Below are positions 25,349 through 39,893 of a stretch of DNA of 64,000 bases, piece after piece. The stretch spans positions 96,658,001-96,722,000 of the forward strand of contig OZ024741.1 in the NCBI GenBank assembly GCA_964016885.1, given 5' to 3'. The notes beneath the pieces were generated by a model. That model saw nothing but the letters and a program-made list of their open reading frames with translations. It had not been told where the DNA came from and ran no database searches. Source of the DNA: Eledone cirrhosa. Lineage: Eukaryota. Positions within the stretch are counted from its first letter, which is position 1. The number at the start of each line of letters is the position of its first letter. Position numbers and translations under genes: made by a program.

Positions 25349-27310
25349 CACACACACATACATGTATATGAGGTGCAAACGTATTTCTTATGAAATATGT
25401 TTGTTCAACTGTTGTCACTGAACCAGCTTGTTATTGTTGTTGTTTAACGGCCAAGTCAAACTTCATGGAGCAAAACTGTTATCAAATAAACCTAACCATC
25501 ACAAATTGTAATTTCCTTCAGAGTCTGTGCTTCAGGTTTCACTACACCCTCAGCTTCTTAAGACTGCAGAGTGTGGTTTTAGAGAAAGTATCTCTTGTAA
25601 GTGACAGTAGGCGAGGCTCTAATAACCATTCTGGTTAATAATATCCATAACATCTACTCGCTGATTACCAGATTTTATTGTTTATTTATTTATTTGTATT
25701 TCCTCACTATTTTTCCTTTTTGCATTTAATCAATTTGTAAACAGATTTAGAGATTAACCATCGGACTACAGAGAACTCTGATCTTCACTTTTGCCCTTGC
25801 CAGCATATTCATTTCATTGCATTAATGTCGTTTAATCCAAGCGTACGTCTCTTATACACAAAGCAAAGATATAGTTATAAGAAAGGATAACGAATAGAAA
25901 GAACAGGATGTATTAAAAAAGAAAGCCTATTCGTCATGCAGAAATTCTGTCTGGCAACTGATGTATTCCATAATATTTATTTTTCACATTGATCAAACGA
26001 CAGGAATTGTTAAGGTAGAAGTTTTAGCTGATTGATTCAACCAGTATAAGTTTAGGTTTTTTTCTTCTTCTGGCAAAGAGAGGAAAATCAAAGTGGAGTC
26101 TGTTGTTCATGGGTTGTAATAAAATATCATAAGTCATTTCATCCGAAATGTAATATTTATATTGTTCCAATAAAGAATGCGATAGTTTTTTTATGAATCA
26201 TTATGATCCACTATGAACTGTTCGCCCATGTCTCTAATCTGAATAATATTACAGTTACCAGCGGGTAAAAGTGATAGTTTATTTATAGCATAAAAAGATC
26301 TTGAGAGCTACGAAATCTTATTTCCATAGCAATCTAAACTGATATGCCAAGATTGTTTATAATTCATATTATTTCTAGCTAGAATTGAATATAACAGATA
26401 TAAATACCTTTTTGTTGTATACAGTATGTTCGCGATTAAAAATAAAAAGAGGTAGAAGCTGATCATGAGATACATTTTAATAAGTGACGGAGTATTCTTT
26501 TTATCTGCCCTTTGAGACACTGATATATAGCCACTATTACTAAAGGATTCAGTATACCGGACATATAGATGTACATCTATCACACTTTCTTCAGAGCTAG
26601 TTCGGTTATCAAATTACCGTTACTTTAAAAGTATGGTATCAATGCTGCACCAAATTTGATGGGACCACTTCATAACTCATGCTGAGCCCCACCTGTCCTT
26701 TTTTCCCTATCTTTCTCTTTCAAACTCTTCTCGTTCTCAACATCACTCTTGATTCTTTCGCGCGATGAATAGGTTAGAACCTTTAAACTAATAATAATTT
26801 TGTAAATGTTCTTCGTGTTTGCGTTTTTAATTTTCATACCAGTGCAACGTTTCTATCTCGTGATACGAGCTCATTCTACCTATTTACTTACATAAGCAAC
26901 GACTTTCCTTCTCCCCTTCACACTTTTACTCTCATTTCACTGTTTTCTCACCGTGTCATCCCTCATCCGCTTACTAATGCATGCTCAGTTACGTGTTTCT
27001 TAATATCCGGCCCTTCTTTACCTGGCGTATTTATCGGCTTTCTGCGATACCATCTGCACAACTTGTCCTGTTTCCAATTTGAAGACTTTCAAAATATTTT
27101 ATTTTGCCTTATGGTCGAAAGACAATTTGGCGTCGTTCTTTGTCTCTGTATCGTTGTGTTGTCTCCTATGCATCTTTCCGCCGACTACTTCAAGTCACCG
27201 TGCTCTCTGGACTCATTATTTTGCAGCCACATCGTGATCCACGAAATTGCATTTCTCGGTATTGACCAAGGAGGGGGATATATGCTATTCTTCCTATTAT
27301 TATTAATAAA

Positions 27311-27697
27311 GGGTGGTGAATTGGCAGAAAGGGTGGAGCGTCAGACCAAATGCTTCGTGGCATGGATTTACGGCCCTTTACGTTATGAGTTCAAATTCAG
27401 CCGCGGTTAGCAGGGTCGACAAAGTAAAGTACTAGTCATGCACTGGGGTCGATTTCATCGATATTCACCTTCCCCAAAATTGCTGGCCTTGTGTCTGAAT
27501 CAGTGGATTGGCAGTATCGGCAGAGAGTCGTACACCATGCTTTGACGCATAGAGTTACCGCCCTTGCCATTCTTAGTTCAAATCCCGCCGAGGTTGACTT
27601 TGACTTTCATCCTTACGGGGTCGATAAAATAAAGTACCAGTAATGTACTGGATAATTACTGGCCTTGTGCCTCAAATAGAAACAATTATTATTATTA
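27311..27697 (+). mobile_element. Two adjacent tRNA-derived SINE copies (27311-~27500, 27503-27697)
   Basis: Same A/B-box head, body and ATT tail. Confidence 0.85.
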
Positions 27698-27929
27698 ATT
27701 TTGTGATACATTTGTTTCTGCTCTGCTGCACAAAGTCAAAATTAAAGTTCGATGTTGCAAATAAAGACTGACACATTTATATATTATGTACAAGTGGATA
27801 ACTCACGATTGCTAATATCCTTATATTTTAATATTCCAGTGTAACTTCGAAGAGAATACAATATAGATATACTTACAAGCAGTCATATATAAACATATAT
27901 ATACTCACAAACACGCATACGCACATGTA

Positions 27930-28038
<109 letters not shown>

Positions 28039-28082
28039 ATATATATATATATAATATATATATATATATAATATATATATAC

Positions 28083-28202
<120 letters not shown>

Positions 28203-29539
28203 AAAGTTCTATTTACATTGTTGGGATACAACAAGCAAATATTTTTATAACTGATATAAAGCACTCAACAAATAATTGTAGTAAAAATACGATATTAACA
28301 AAAGGAAACTATATTTATAAAACCATATTTATTTCATTATACATATTTCAAGGACACCAAGTTAAATTATGGTGTGCTTTATTCCGATAAAATATAATAT
28401 AGTGCAGTTTTATAAATAAATATTGACACACCCTTAAAGAATGCAACCATTACTGTTGTAAGCTCCCGGATAGAGGGGTTATAACTTTATTTATAGTAAT
28501 ATGTAAATTAGTATTGGATATTTTTAAATAAGCCGTTGGGTTACAGAGAAAGAGATGGAGAGAGAGAGAGAGATAAGAACAAGAGAGAGAAAATAGAGAG
28601 AGAAAGGTGACAGAGAAGAGAGAGCGAAAACTCTAAGTGATAGGTTGTTGAGTTATCTTAACATTTGAGATGAAGTGAAAGAATAAATAAATATTTATTT
28701 TTTATGGATGAATAGAGAAATGTAAATAATCGTGAATGGAAGATACATATATAATATGAGAATTTTAACCATTGTTTAAATATGATTAAATGTTTAGTTT
28801 ATCATTTAAATTATCGAGATCTATATATTAGGAAATCTATGTATTATTATTAAGACTATATATTATTTAAAAATCTCTATATTATTAGAAGAATATATTC
28901 ATATATATACACACGCAGGCGCAGATATACATACATATACACATATAAATACATATACATATATATCTACGTATATAATATATACATACAAAGTATAAAG
29001 GATTTTTTTAATTTAACATAGGAATTTTCATAAACTTATAGATTTTTCGTAGAAAATTTTATAAAATCAGAGAAATTCATTTCTATATAAGATCAAAGCA
29101 GCGTGAAGGAAGTTACGTTATTTATTTATATAAATGTTACAATTGTTAACATATTAAAGGATATTTTATGTTATACACACTTTATGTTATTATACAAATT
29201 TTGTTTATATATATAAGTTTTATATCTAATAAACCTACCTGTTATGTAGTTATGACTGTTATTATATAGGTTTAATTATCACGAACCTTAAGATAGTCCT
29301 TATAAACAAGTGCAATCGAATTGTATGCATATAGATATAGATATACACAATTCGCACATATATACACATAGACGTACCTACACATATGGTAGATATGCAT
29401 CACACATATACATATACACATACATACACACACATTAATATATGTACATGCATATAAATACATATATATATATATACACACATATATAGAGAGATAGTTA
29501 TATAAATACAGTACATAGTATAATTGAAGTACAAAAATA

Positions 29540-29800
29540 CATAATATAAAATAAAATATAATAAAATAAATTAAATAAAAATAGAATAAAATAAAATATA
29601 ATAAAATAATAAAATAATAAAATAATAAAATAATAAAATAAAATGAAATGAGATGAAAAGAAGTAAAATAAAATAAGTAAAATAAAATAAAATAAAATAA
29701 AATAAAATAAAATAAAATAAAATAAAATAAAATAAAATAAAATAAAATAAAATAAAATAAAATAAAATAAAATAAAATAAAAAATAAAAAGAATAAAAAA
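29540..29800. repeat. (AAAAT)n array within the PLE arm (counterpart 32150-32565)
   Basis: Direct reading. Confidence 0.95.
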
Positions 29801-29909
29801 GAATTATATTACGATTTGGAAATATAATTATAAGCAATATAATTTAAATCAATATTCTTTTAACAATATTATAGAATATTTCAAGTTATAATTTTAAAAT
29901 AATAATATG

Positions 29910-31750
29910 AAGGATCACAAAAGGAACTTTGAAACTGATTTACCAGTCAGATTAATTGCAACATCTAAATCGGACCTTGGCAGACTTAGCAAGAATATTT
30001 TGGACAGAATAATACCACAAATTAAGAATTTATCTTATTTAAAATTATGGAAAGTAATTAGTGAAGTTATCGATTGGTTTAAGGAAATTAAACATAACTA
30101 TAATAATAAGTTTATTCAGTTGGATATTGCTAACTATTACTCATCTATCACTCCTAATCTACTGAATAAAGCACTAACTTACGCATTTAAACATACAGAC
30201 TTAACTACCAATGACATTATATTTGGATTAGCAGTATCGGTAGAGGGTCGGACGCCATGCTTTCCAGCATAGTTACGTCCCTTTACGATCTGAGTTCAAA
30301 TCCCGCCGAGGTTGACTTTGCCTTTCATCCTTACGGTGTCGATAAAATAAAGTACCAGTAATGCACTGGGTAATTGCTGGCCTTGTGCCTAAAGTAGAAA
30401 CAATTATATTATCGGCACGGAAAACATTAATAGAATTTAAAAACCAACTCTGGACTAGGGCAGATAGAAATAATAACTTTGATATAACTATGGGATCATC
30501 CGATTCCGCTCAGGTAACGGATCTTGTGGGCCTCTTTATAAATAATTCTCTACATAGGAAAATACCTGAGATGACCGGAGCTTTATATCGTGACGACATG
30601 CTTTTACTTATTGAAAATAATAACTGTAAACTAAATAGGAAAAGAAAACAAATTATACAATTTTTTAATTACCTTAATCTAAAAGTAGAAATAGAGAATA
30701 ACCATAAAATATTTAACTTTCTAGATGTAACACTAAACCTTAACACATGTCTTCATTATCCATTTCACAAACTAAATGAGAATTTAAACTACGTCAATTT
30801 TAACTCTAATCACCCCAGATCTGTTAAAAATACTATAGTGAACTCTGTACAGCAACGCATTTCGAGAATTTCAGCTAATAAGAATATATTTGATGAAAAA
30901 GCACATTATTAGAACGAAGCGTTAGGTAGAGCTGGGTATAGAAATAAAATTAAATACATTGATAATAATAATATAACAACTAACCATAATCTTAAAAATT
31001 AACTATTTTAACTATTTTAACAATGTTAACAACCATAATAGAAAACCTTACAATAATTCCGAAAACAAAAAAAGAAATAGAACTAGGAATAAATTATGGT
31101 TCGCTCCTCCTTTCTCATTAAATATTAAAACCCCTATTGCTAAACTATTTTTTTAAAGCTCTTGACAAATGCTTCCCTAGAACACATAGATATTACTCAA
31201 TTTTTAATAGACATACTATAAAATTAACTCATTCTTCCACCAAAAATTTAGCGTAAAATATTAATAGAATTAATAGAAATTTAAAACCTAACCAAAATAC
31301 CACTAATAACCCAAGTAATATCCAATTTGATAAATGTAACTGTATAAATAAATCCAACTGTCCGTTAAATAACAATTGCTTAGCTAAAAATATAGTATAT
31401 AATTGTTAATATAAAAACTAATTTAAATTCATTTAATTATGTGGGATCCACTTCCACAGAGTTTAAATCCCGTTTCAATAATCATAAACATTCTTTTACG
31501 AATCCAAACAAACAATCTTCAACTTCTTTATCTAGCTTATTATGGGACCTCAAACAAAAGAACGTTGAATATTCGTTGCTTTGGAATATTAATTAAAATG
31601 CTTTAACTCCTCTTCTGAAAATTGTGATCTTTGTATAGAGGAAATATTCTTTATATTAAAGACTAAACATTCCCTGAACTTAAGGAACAATTTATTCAGT
31701 TGCTACAGACATAGATTGAACTCGACGTTTAAATATAAATTTAAAATTTA
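29910..31750 (+). pseudogene. PLE reverse transcriptase (YRDD type) plus C-terminal GIY-YIG; 5'-truncated, SINE-interrupted, stops and frameshifts
   Basis: KDHK..RLI, QLDIANYYSSI, FDITMGSSDSAQVTDLVG, LYRDD, FNFLDVTL, SNHP; CNC..CPLNNNCLAKNIVY, YVGSTSTEFKSRFNNHK, CDLC. Confidence 0.92.
30224..30410 (+). mobile_element. tRNA-derived SINE inserted in PLE RT
   Basis: attatatt duplicated at 30216-30223 and 30403-30410; removing 187 nt rejoins the RT frame. Confidence 0.92.
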
Positions 31751-34735
31751 ATATATAATTAATTAATTATTTCTATTAATATATTGAACCCATCGGTAAT
31801 TCATTAGATTCCTTCATTTTGACTGCTTAAACTCTCAAGTTAAAAAACTTTTCTTCCTAAATATAAATAAATATTAAAAACTCTTCTTGAGAAACATACT
31901 GAAAGCTCTTAAAAGGGGATAATATTATTTGTGATAGTTTCTCCTATTTTCGAAAGTTCCTCTTTTGAAAGTTTCTCATTCTTTCTCTTATGGATATAAA
32001 ATTAAGTTAAATATACGAAGAAAATGTTTATACTAAATTTATTAAACATATTATTATTTAAAAATTATAACTTGAAATATTCTTAATTTTTAAAAGTATA
32101 TTGATTTAAAGTTATATTGCTTATAATTATATTTCCAAATTGTAATATAATTCTTTTTTATTCTTTCTATTTTTTATTTCATTTTTTTATTTTATTTCAT
32201 TTTATTTTATTTTATTATATTTTATTTTATTTTATTTTATTTTATTTATTTTATTTTATTTTATTTTATTTTACTTATTTTATTTTACTTATTTTCATCT
32301 CATTTCATTTTATTATATTATTTTATTATATAAATACAGTACATAGTATAATTGAAGTAGATAAAATACATAATATAAAATAAAATAAAATAAAATAAAA
32401 TGAAATAAAATAAAATAAAATAAAATAAAATAAAATAAAATAAAATAAAATAAAATATAATAAATAGATATATAAATACAGTACATAGTATAATTGAAGT
32501 ACATAAAATACATAATATAAAATAAAATAAAATAAAATAAAATAAAATAAAATAAAATAAAATATATCTATCTCTCTCTATATGTGTGTATATATATATG
32601 TATTTATATGTATATACATATATTTATGTGTGTATATGTATGTGTATATGTATATGTGTGATGCATAGACCTATATGTGTAGGTATGTCTATGTGTATAT
32701 ATGTGCGAATTGTGTATATATATATGTATATGCATACAATTCGGTTGCACTTGTTTATAAGGACTATCTTAAGGTTCGTGATAAATAAACCTATATAATA
32801 ACAGTCATAACTACATAACAGGTAGTTTTATTAGATATAAAACTTATATATATAAACAAAATTTGTATAATAACATAAAGTGTGTATAACATAAAATTTC
32901 CTTTAATATCTTAACAATTGTAACATTTATATAACTAAATAACGTAACTTCCTTCACGCTGCTTTGATATTACATAGAAATGATTTTCTCTGATCTTATA
33001 AGATTTTCTACGAAAAATCTATAAGTTTATGAAAATTCCTATATTAAATTAAAAAATCCTTTATACTTTGTATGTATATATTATATACGTAGATATATAT
33101 GTATATGTATTTATACGTGTATATGTATGTATATCTGCGCCTGCGTGTGTATATATATGAATATATTCTTCTAATAATATAGAGATTTTTAAATAATATA
33201 TAGTCTTAATAATAATACATAGATTTCCTAATATATAGATCTCAATTTTTAATGTATAGATCTCAATAATTTAAATGATAAACTAAACATTTAATCATAT
33301 TTAAACAATGGTTAAAATTCTCATATTATATATGTATCTTCCATTCACGATTATTTACATTTCTCTATTCATCCATAAAAAATAAATATTTATTTATTCT
33401 TTCACTTCATCTCAAATGTTAAGTTAACTCAACAACCTATCACTTAGAGTTTTCGCTCTCTCTTCTCTGTCTCCTTTCTCTCTCTATTTTCTCTCTCTTG
33501 TTCTTATCTCTCTCCCTCCTTCTCTTTCTCCGTAACCCAACGGCTTATTTAAAAATATCCAATACTAATTTACATATTACTATAAATAAAGTTATAACCC
33601 CTCTATCTGGGCGCTTACAACAGTAATGGTTGCATTCTTTGAGGGTGTGTCAATATTTATTTATAAAACTGCTCTATATTATATTTTATCTGAATAAAGC
33701 ACACCATAATTTAACTTGGTGTCCTTGAAATATGTATAATGAAATAAATATGGTTTTATAAATATAGTTTCCATTTGTTAATATCGTTTATATATATATA
33801 TAAACCACTGGTAAATGAAATAATTATCTTATGTTATTTATTATATAACTAATAAGCTCTGCAACCTACATAGAGCACACTTCTTTCCTGGACCTTTCCG
33901 ACAGATTACTTCATTTACATATATATATATATATATATATTTAATTACTCTAGTAATATATGTGTGTTAATGTAGGCGTTCTTGTCATTGAAGACCACTA
34001 ATAAGCTTCAAGAACTGGATAACTATGGCCACAATTGCAACAAAAATAAGCGTATTAAAACCACAATACGGAAATGACTAGTAAAATCTCAATATAAAAT
34101 TAAATTGAAGGAAATAAATGAAATTGTACAATGTATTGTATACTTACAAGACTCTAGTAATGACGATATCTACAATGTTCAGAACATTGAATGATATTTA
34201 CAGTGTTACTAGGAGCTACGTTGAAAAGTACTAAGAGCTAGATAGATGGATATATGAATATGTAGGCAGAGAGGAGGAGAGGAAAGAGATGATATGATGA
34301 GATAACGGGGTAAAACGAGAGGAGGCGAAAGATAGACGTGAGATCGATATAAGATATATATATATGAGTTTGATATATGGGCAAATAAGTGGGAGAGAAA
34401 GAGCTGGAGTGACATATTCGCACACAAGTGAGTGAGATTCGCACACAAAGAAAGAGAAAGACTGACAAAATAAGAAAATGAAACAGTGTGGTATGCATTT
34501 TGAAGCTTTTCCATTTTGTAGCTTTTTCATAAATGCGCATTCTAATGATGTAGCTACATTTATTATAGAGTATTCATTTTATGTGACGAACAGTAAAAGA
34601 AGTGTTTTCAAATCAGATATAATTTGATTTTTACCTATAGATATAATATCCTGTTTTTTTTTTAGTCGACAATTGAATAATCGTTAGTACAAGACAGATA
34701 TTCAATTTATCAACCCGAAACGAGAAATAACCAAC

Positions 34736-34902
<167 letters not shown>

Positions 34903-35104
34903 AAAAAATCTGAGAAATTGGAGCAAACATCACGGGCGCTCTATCTCAAAATTATTTGGGAAAAGCATTAGAAATGCGCAACCGGTAAACACTTAAAACT
35001 AAAACTGAATACTAACCAATACTAATTGCTAGTTTATACTTATTCCTAATTAAACTATTTTTCACTGGGAAAAATTTGTCAGCATTTTCTTTTCCTTTTA
35101 CTAA

Positions 35105-35177
<73 letters not shown>

Positions 35178-35611
35178 ATACTTTGGGAGGGTCATGTTGC
35201 CAATAAGAAACACACGCACCAGTTGCTTTCACTTCAATTTATTATAATACATTTATAAATTTAGGAATTTATAAATTTCTGGTTGGTTGGTTGGTTCCAC
35301 AACCAGATAGTTGTTTATATATTGTCAAAGTTCTTTCGTCACACATTCTGAGACCTCTTCAATGACTGGGGATTCTTTTCTTTGTTTTTGTGCCTCTCCT
35401 TTGTTCGGTCCTACGCCATTTTGTTTCTGTGTGTGTGTTGTGTGCTCAGTCTGCGCATGCGCCACATCCGGGTGTCTGTGTCTGTTTATATTTGTTTATT
35501 TATTTGTTTATTTACATGTTACCGGTTGGTTGTTTGTTCTATGTGTATGTGTGTTTTCATTTTGTCCTTAATTGTAAGTTGTGATGTTGCTGTTCCACTC
35601 ATATTTTCTAT

Positions 35612-38600
35612 TTAATTTTGGTTGTAATTCTTTTATGTTTATTGCCTCTGTGATTTGTCTAAACATTGCGTCTTTTCTGTGTGTAGATTCTATTTTTATT
35701 TCTATGTTCTCTAATTTACCCTTATGTTCTATTTTAGCATGTTGGTAGAGTACAGATGATTCTTTACTATCTTGAAGGTCTCGTCAGTGTTCATTTATCC
35801 GTTCCCCTACACTACGAGCTGTTTCACCTATGTACACTATATTTTTGTCTCTACATTGTCCTTCAGTACATCTTATGCTATACACTACATTTCTAGTTTT
35901 ACAGTTAATATGGGGGCTTATATTACAGGTTATACATTTCTTATCAAATACAGGGGGGTCTTTGGAAAGGGTATGTCTTGCTAATAAGTGTTTTTACGGA
36001 GGTACCTGGTCTTTCTACTATCTAAATATTGAGTTTATCTTTATCTAGGACCCTTCTGAATTAGTAAGCTAATTCACCTCTAGGGGTTGTATCGATGAAC
36101 ATTACACTCTGGTATTTATTGCTATCATACCATGAGTTTATTCTATTAGCCTTATTCCTAGTTCTTTCTATTCTATTCCAAAATTTGCTCCTATACAAGG
36201 GGCAGGTCCCATTTGTGTCATTATTTACCATTTTTTCCCATTTGGTTCTGGCTCCTCTATACACTCTGATTCTATCTCTCTGATTGTAGCCAGAGAATTG
36301 CATACGGTGGATGAAGTGTTGTATGTGTCTCTCTAGTTCTTCGGGGTTGCACATGCGGGACACGTTTCTCATCACCCGTACCAAATCCGCAATCAGTATG
36401 TTGATTTTGGTGTGGTCCGAAACAGCCGAGTTTCGGTGGATCAGATGTTTGGAAGTCATGGGTTTGGCATAATGGGAATGGAGGATTTGTTTTTTGTTAT
36501 TAATGGTATCTAACCAGAGCTCTGTGTCTAGTACAGGTAATCGATGGTTGGGGTGTTTACTTGGGTAGTCTATAGTAAATATAATACTCTGGTGGATGGA
36601 GTTAGCTATTTGCTGGATGCTTTCCATTGTGTTTTTCTCTAGTTCCTGACTGTTCTCTAGTGGGGGTGTCTTAACTACGATGTTTATATCGTCAACGTAG
36701 CGGGAGTACATTATCAGGGTTAATGGGTCTTCTAATTGTTCTTTAAGTTTAAGTTTAAGTCTACTGTCCCACCATACCATGAATAAGTTAGCTATGTCGC
36801 CTGCAATGCTAACACCAATGGCTGCTCCTTCCTCTTGGGCATATGTTTTTCCATTAAATTTTAACATATGTTCCTTAAGGGTTAGTTTTATGCTAGCCCC
36901 TACCGCATGTGCAACCATTTTCTTCAGTTCATCGTGGTTTTCGGGTGTCCGTATGGCTCTGGGCCACCCGTTCCATCTATCTGTGTGGGTTTTCTTAGCC
37001 ATTGAGGTAATGGTAGGTGGTCTGACTCTTGCTGGTCTTGTAGTGCACAGGTTGCTAAGTTCATATGTGTCTAGGTAATTATTACTATAGGTAAGTTTAA
37101 GTAGGAGTCCCAGCTCACTGATATCAATCCCACGGAACTCAACATTGCTCTCACTGATCATTTATACGCATTTCTCCACAGCAAAATCCACGTCAATAGA
37201 TGGATACAGGGACACAACATCCATACTACCTATTATGCAGTTTGTTAGGTTCCTAGATCGGTTACCCTCGCCGATTCTGCTGAGGAGGTCATCCGTGCTG
37301 TCACATACATCTGGGGACATTTCAATGATGGGGCGTATGATCAGGGAGAGGAAGTAGGACAGTCTGTAGTTACTAGCAATGTTAGTCCCACAGACTGGCC
37401 GTGTTGGTGGTCCGGTGACAGGGTCACTGCCCGTTTTATGGTCTTTTCGAAGCCCATACAACGCCGGCACGTCATTGTTCCAGGCCTGGAAGTTGTTGGC
37501 AGTCCTTTTGTTGGGCTGCATTATATTCGTCCACATCACCATATGGGCATTGAGGGCTTTTTCTCTATCCTCATGCTCCTGTGGTGTTACCTCTCTTGTG
37601 TTAGTGATGTGGGGTTGCATTGCCTGGATTTAGTTTGGCAGGCTGTCAACCGACCATTCTGCCAGACTTGTCTGTTGGAAAGCATGCTATCTCTCCATTA
37701 CGTGAGCGCTGCATGAGCCTACGCAAGCCATTTGCAGATTTTTCTCCCAGTTGCTGGGCCTCCATTCTATTATGCTTCTTGCTATACTGTTCTATCATAT
37801 TTCTAAGTTCGGATTTAGCTATACTAAATTGTGCTTCTGTTTGTTCATTTACCTGCGACGGCAATTGCGTGCTTTTGTTAAATGGTAAAGTCGTGGCGTG
37901 GGCTCGTCGCAGGTCGAACGACTTATCGGAGGGATTATAAAAAGTAGAGTTCCAGGCTGCTGCTTTATGTATACTAGTGCTATTGTTATTGTTAGTTGTG
38001 TTGTCTCTATTTCTATTACTATTTCTATTTCCACCAACAGCCTCATTGTTGTTTCTATGTCTCTCATAATTACACCTGTCTCTTTCCACTGGCTCATTGT
38101 TATTATCTACTCTATTTTGTGTGTCTGTGTGTTCGTCTTGGTTATTTTCTTTGTCCATAGTCTCCCTTCTCCTTTTAATCCTATTACTTTCCCTTATTTC
38201 TGTGATTTCTGTGCTACTGTCATTACTTGTTTTCTGTGTCTGTGTGTTTGTTAAGATTGTGGTGGTGGTGAGAGGCATTGAATGTGTGTGTGTTGTTGTT
38301 GTTGATGTGTGCTGTTGTTGATGTGTGTTGTTGTTGTTGTCTCCGTGTGTGTTATTATTGTTGTGTGTGTTGTTATTCTTGTTTGTGTCTGCGTGTCTGT
38401 TGTTGTTGTTTCTGGGTATGTTATTACTGTTGGTGTGTGTGTTGTTGTTATTGTTGCTGTGTCTGTGTGTCTGTTGTTGTTGGGATGTGTGTTGTATAAG
38501 TGTATGCGTATATTGTTACTTTTGTTTTTGTTTTTGTTTTAGAGGCTCCAACGTAATTTTGTAAATAATTTTTCTATTTCTGACAGACAACTAATCATAT

Positions 38601-39272
38601 TTACCTTCTTGAATGTCGCAAATTTCGGTGGTAGAAGTAATGCAGATAATTCATCAGGGTCTATTACCGTGTCGCCGTATATATTTGTTTTGTTGTTGTT
38701 GTTGAACTCATCTGTTAATGAGGTGTCGGCCATATTTATACCGTCAATTTTGTCGGGATATCTATTGGTATTCTCTACAGTATCCTGATTTAGTTTTATC
38801 TGCTTAAGCCACTTTAGTTTCTTGTTAAAGTGCTTATCACATTCTTGAGCAATGTACTGTTCTTCAGGACGTATAAGGCTTATAAATATTAGTTTCTCTC
38901 TTGGTGTGGTGATCCTAGCTATTTCTTGTATTAGGTTACGCTTATGTTTTTCTTGATGACTTAATTCTCTATAGATTTTTTTATGTTTAGAATTAGTGTT
39001 CCTTTAAGCCTATCTGCTTCTTTTTTGGTGAGTTGTAATCTTCTTACGTCGGTGTTGATGGTGTTGGTGTAAACTCGGGACGAGGCACATTCTTTTATGA
39101 AGTGTTGTTGTCGAGATCTTATGGTTTTTTGTAGACAACAGAACATGGTGGTTTTCAGTATCTTGTTAGCCTGGCTAAGGCTTACGATATCTCGTTTCTG
39201 AATTTGTTTAGCAAGATTCTTTATCTGAAATCGTGTGTTGAAACCGATATTGTTATACTTTGGGAAGGTCAT
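35612..39272 (-). pseudogene. PLE polyprotein: N-terminal domain, low-complexity linker, RT (YVDD), thumb, GIY-YIG; several stops/frameshifts
   Basis: PTDKSGR, LYGLRKDHK..PTRPVC, GSMDVVSLYPSI, EGAAIGVSIAGDIANLFM, RYVDD, LPVLD; CKTRNVVYSIRC...VYIGETARSVGER at ~35790-35905; in-frame stop at 37162-37164. Confidence 0.92.
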
Positions 39273-39599
39273 GTTGCCAATAAGAAACACACGCACCAGT
39301 TGCTTTCACTTCAATTTATTATAATAAATTTATAAATTTAGGAATTTATAAATTTCTGGTTGGTTGGTTGGTTCCAAAATGAAAACACACACGCACACAT
39401 AGAAAATGAAAACACACACACACATAGAACAAACAAGCAACCGGTAACATGTAAATAAACAAATAAATAAACAAATATAAACACACACAGACACCCGGAT
39501 GTGGCGCATGCGCAGACTGACCACACAACACACACACAGAAACAAAATGGCGTAGGACAGAACAAAGGAGAGGCACAAAAACAAAGAAAAGAATCCCCA

Positions 39600-39642
39600 G
39601 TCACTGAAGAGGTCATAGAATGTGTGACGAAAGAACTTTGAC
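39600..39642 (+). ncRNA. Minimal hammerhead ribozyme in pLTR (C3U-mutated copy 35324-35366 on -)
   Basis: GTCA-CTGAAGA-G-GTCATA gaatg TGTGAC-GAAA-GAAC-TT-TGAC. Confidence 0.75.
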
Positions 39643-39850
39643 AATATATAAACAACTATCTGGTTGTGGAACAAACCAACCAACCAGAAATTTATATATT
39701 CCTAAATTTATAAATTTATTATAATAAATTGAAGTGAAAGCAACTGGTGCGTGTGTTTCTTATTGGCAACATGACCCTCCCAAAGTATAACAATATCGGT
39801 TTCAACAGACGATTTCAGATAAAGAATCTTGCTAAACAAATTCAGAAACG

Positions 39851-39887
<37 letters not shown>

Positions 39888-39893
39888 GAATCG

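Larger units (their letters stand above)
35172..39854 (-). mobile_element. Near full-length Penelope-like element with 3' pLTR, partial direct 5' pLTR and inverted pLTR
   Basis: 35172-35298 repeated directly at 39250-39375; 35172-35562 inverted at ~39403-39793; inverted copy carries a tail into the ORF start; TA flanks. Confidence 0.93.

Noticed and set aside
35784-35786. In-frame TGA in the GIY-YIG domain as possible selenocysteine (known in some PLEs)
   Set aside because: Aligns with Trp (HWG) in the related 18112 copy, so TGG>TGA decay; the ORF also has TAA stops and frameshifts
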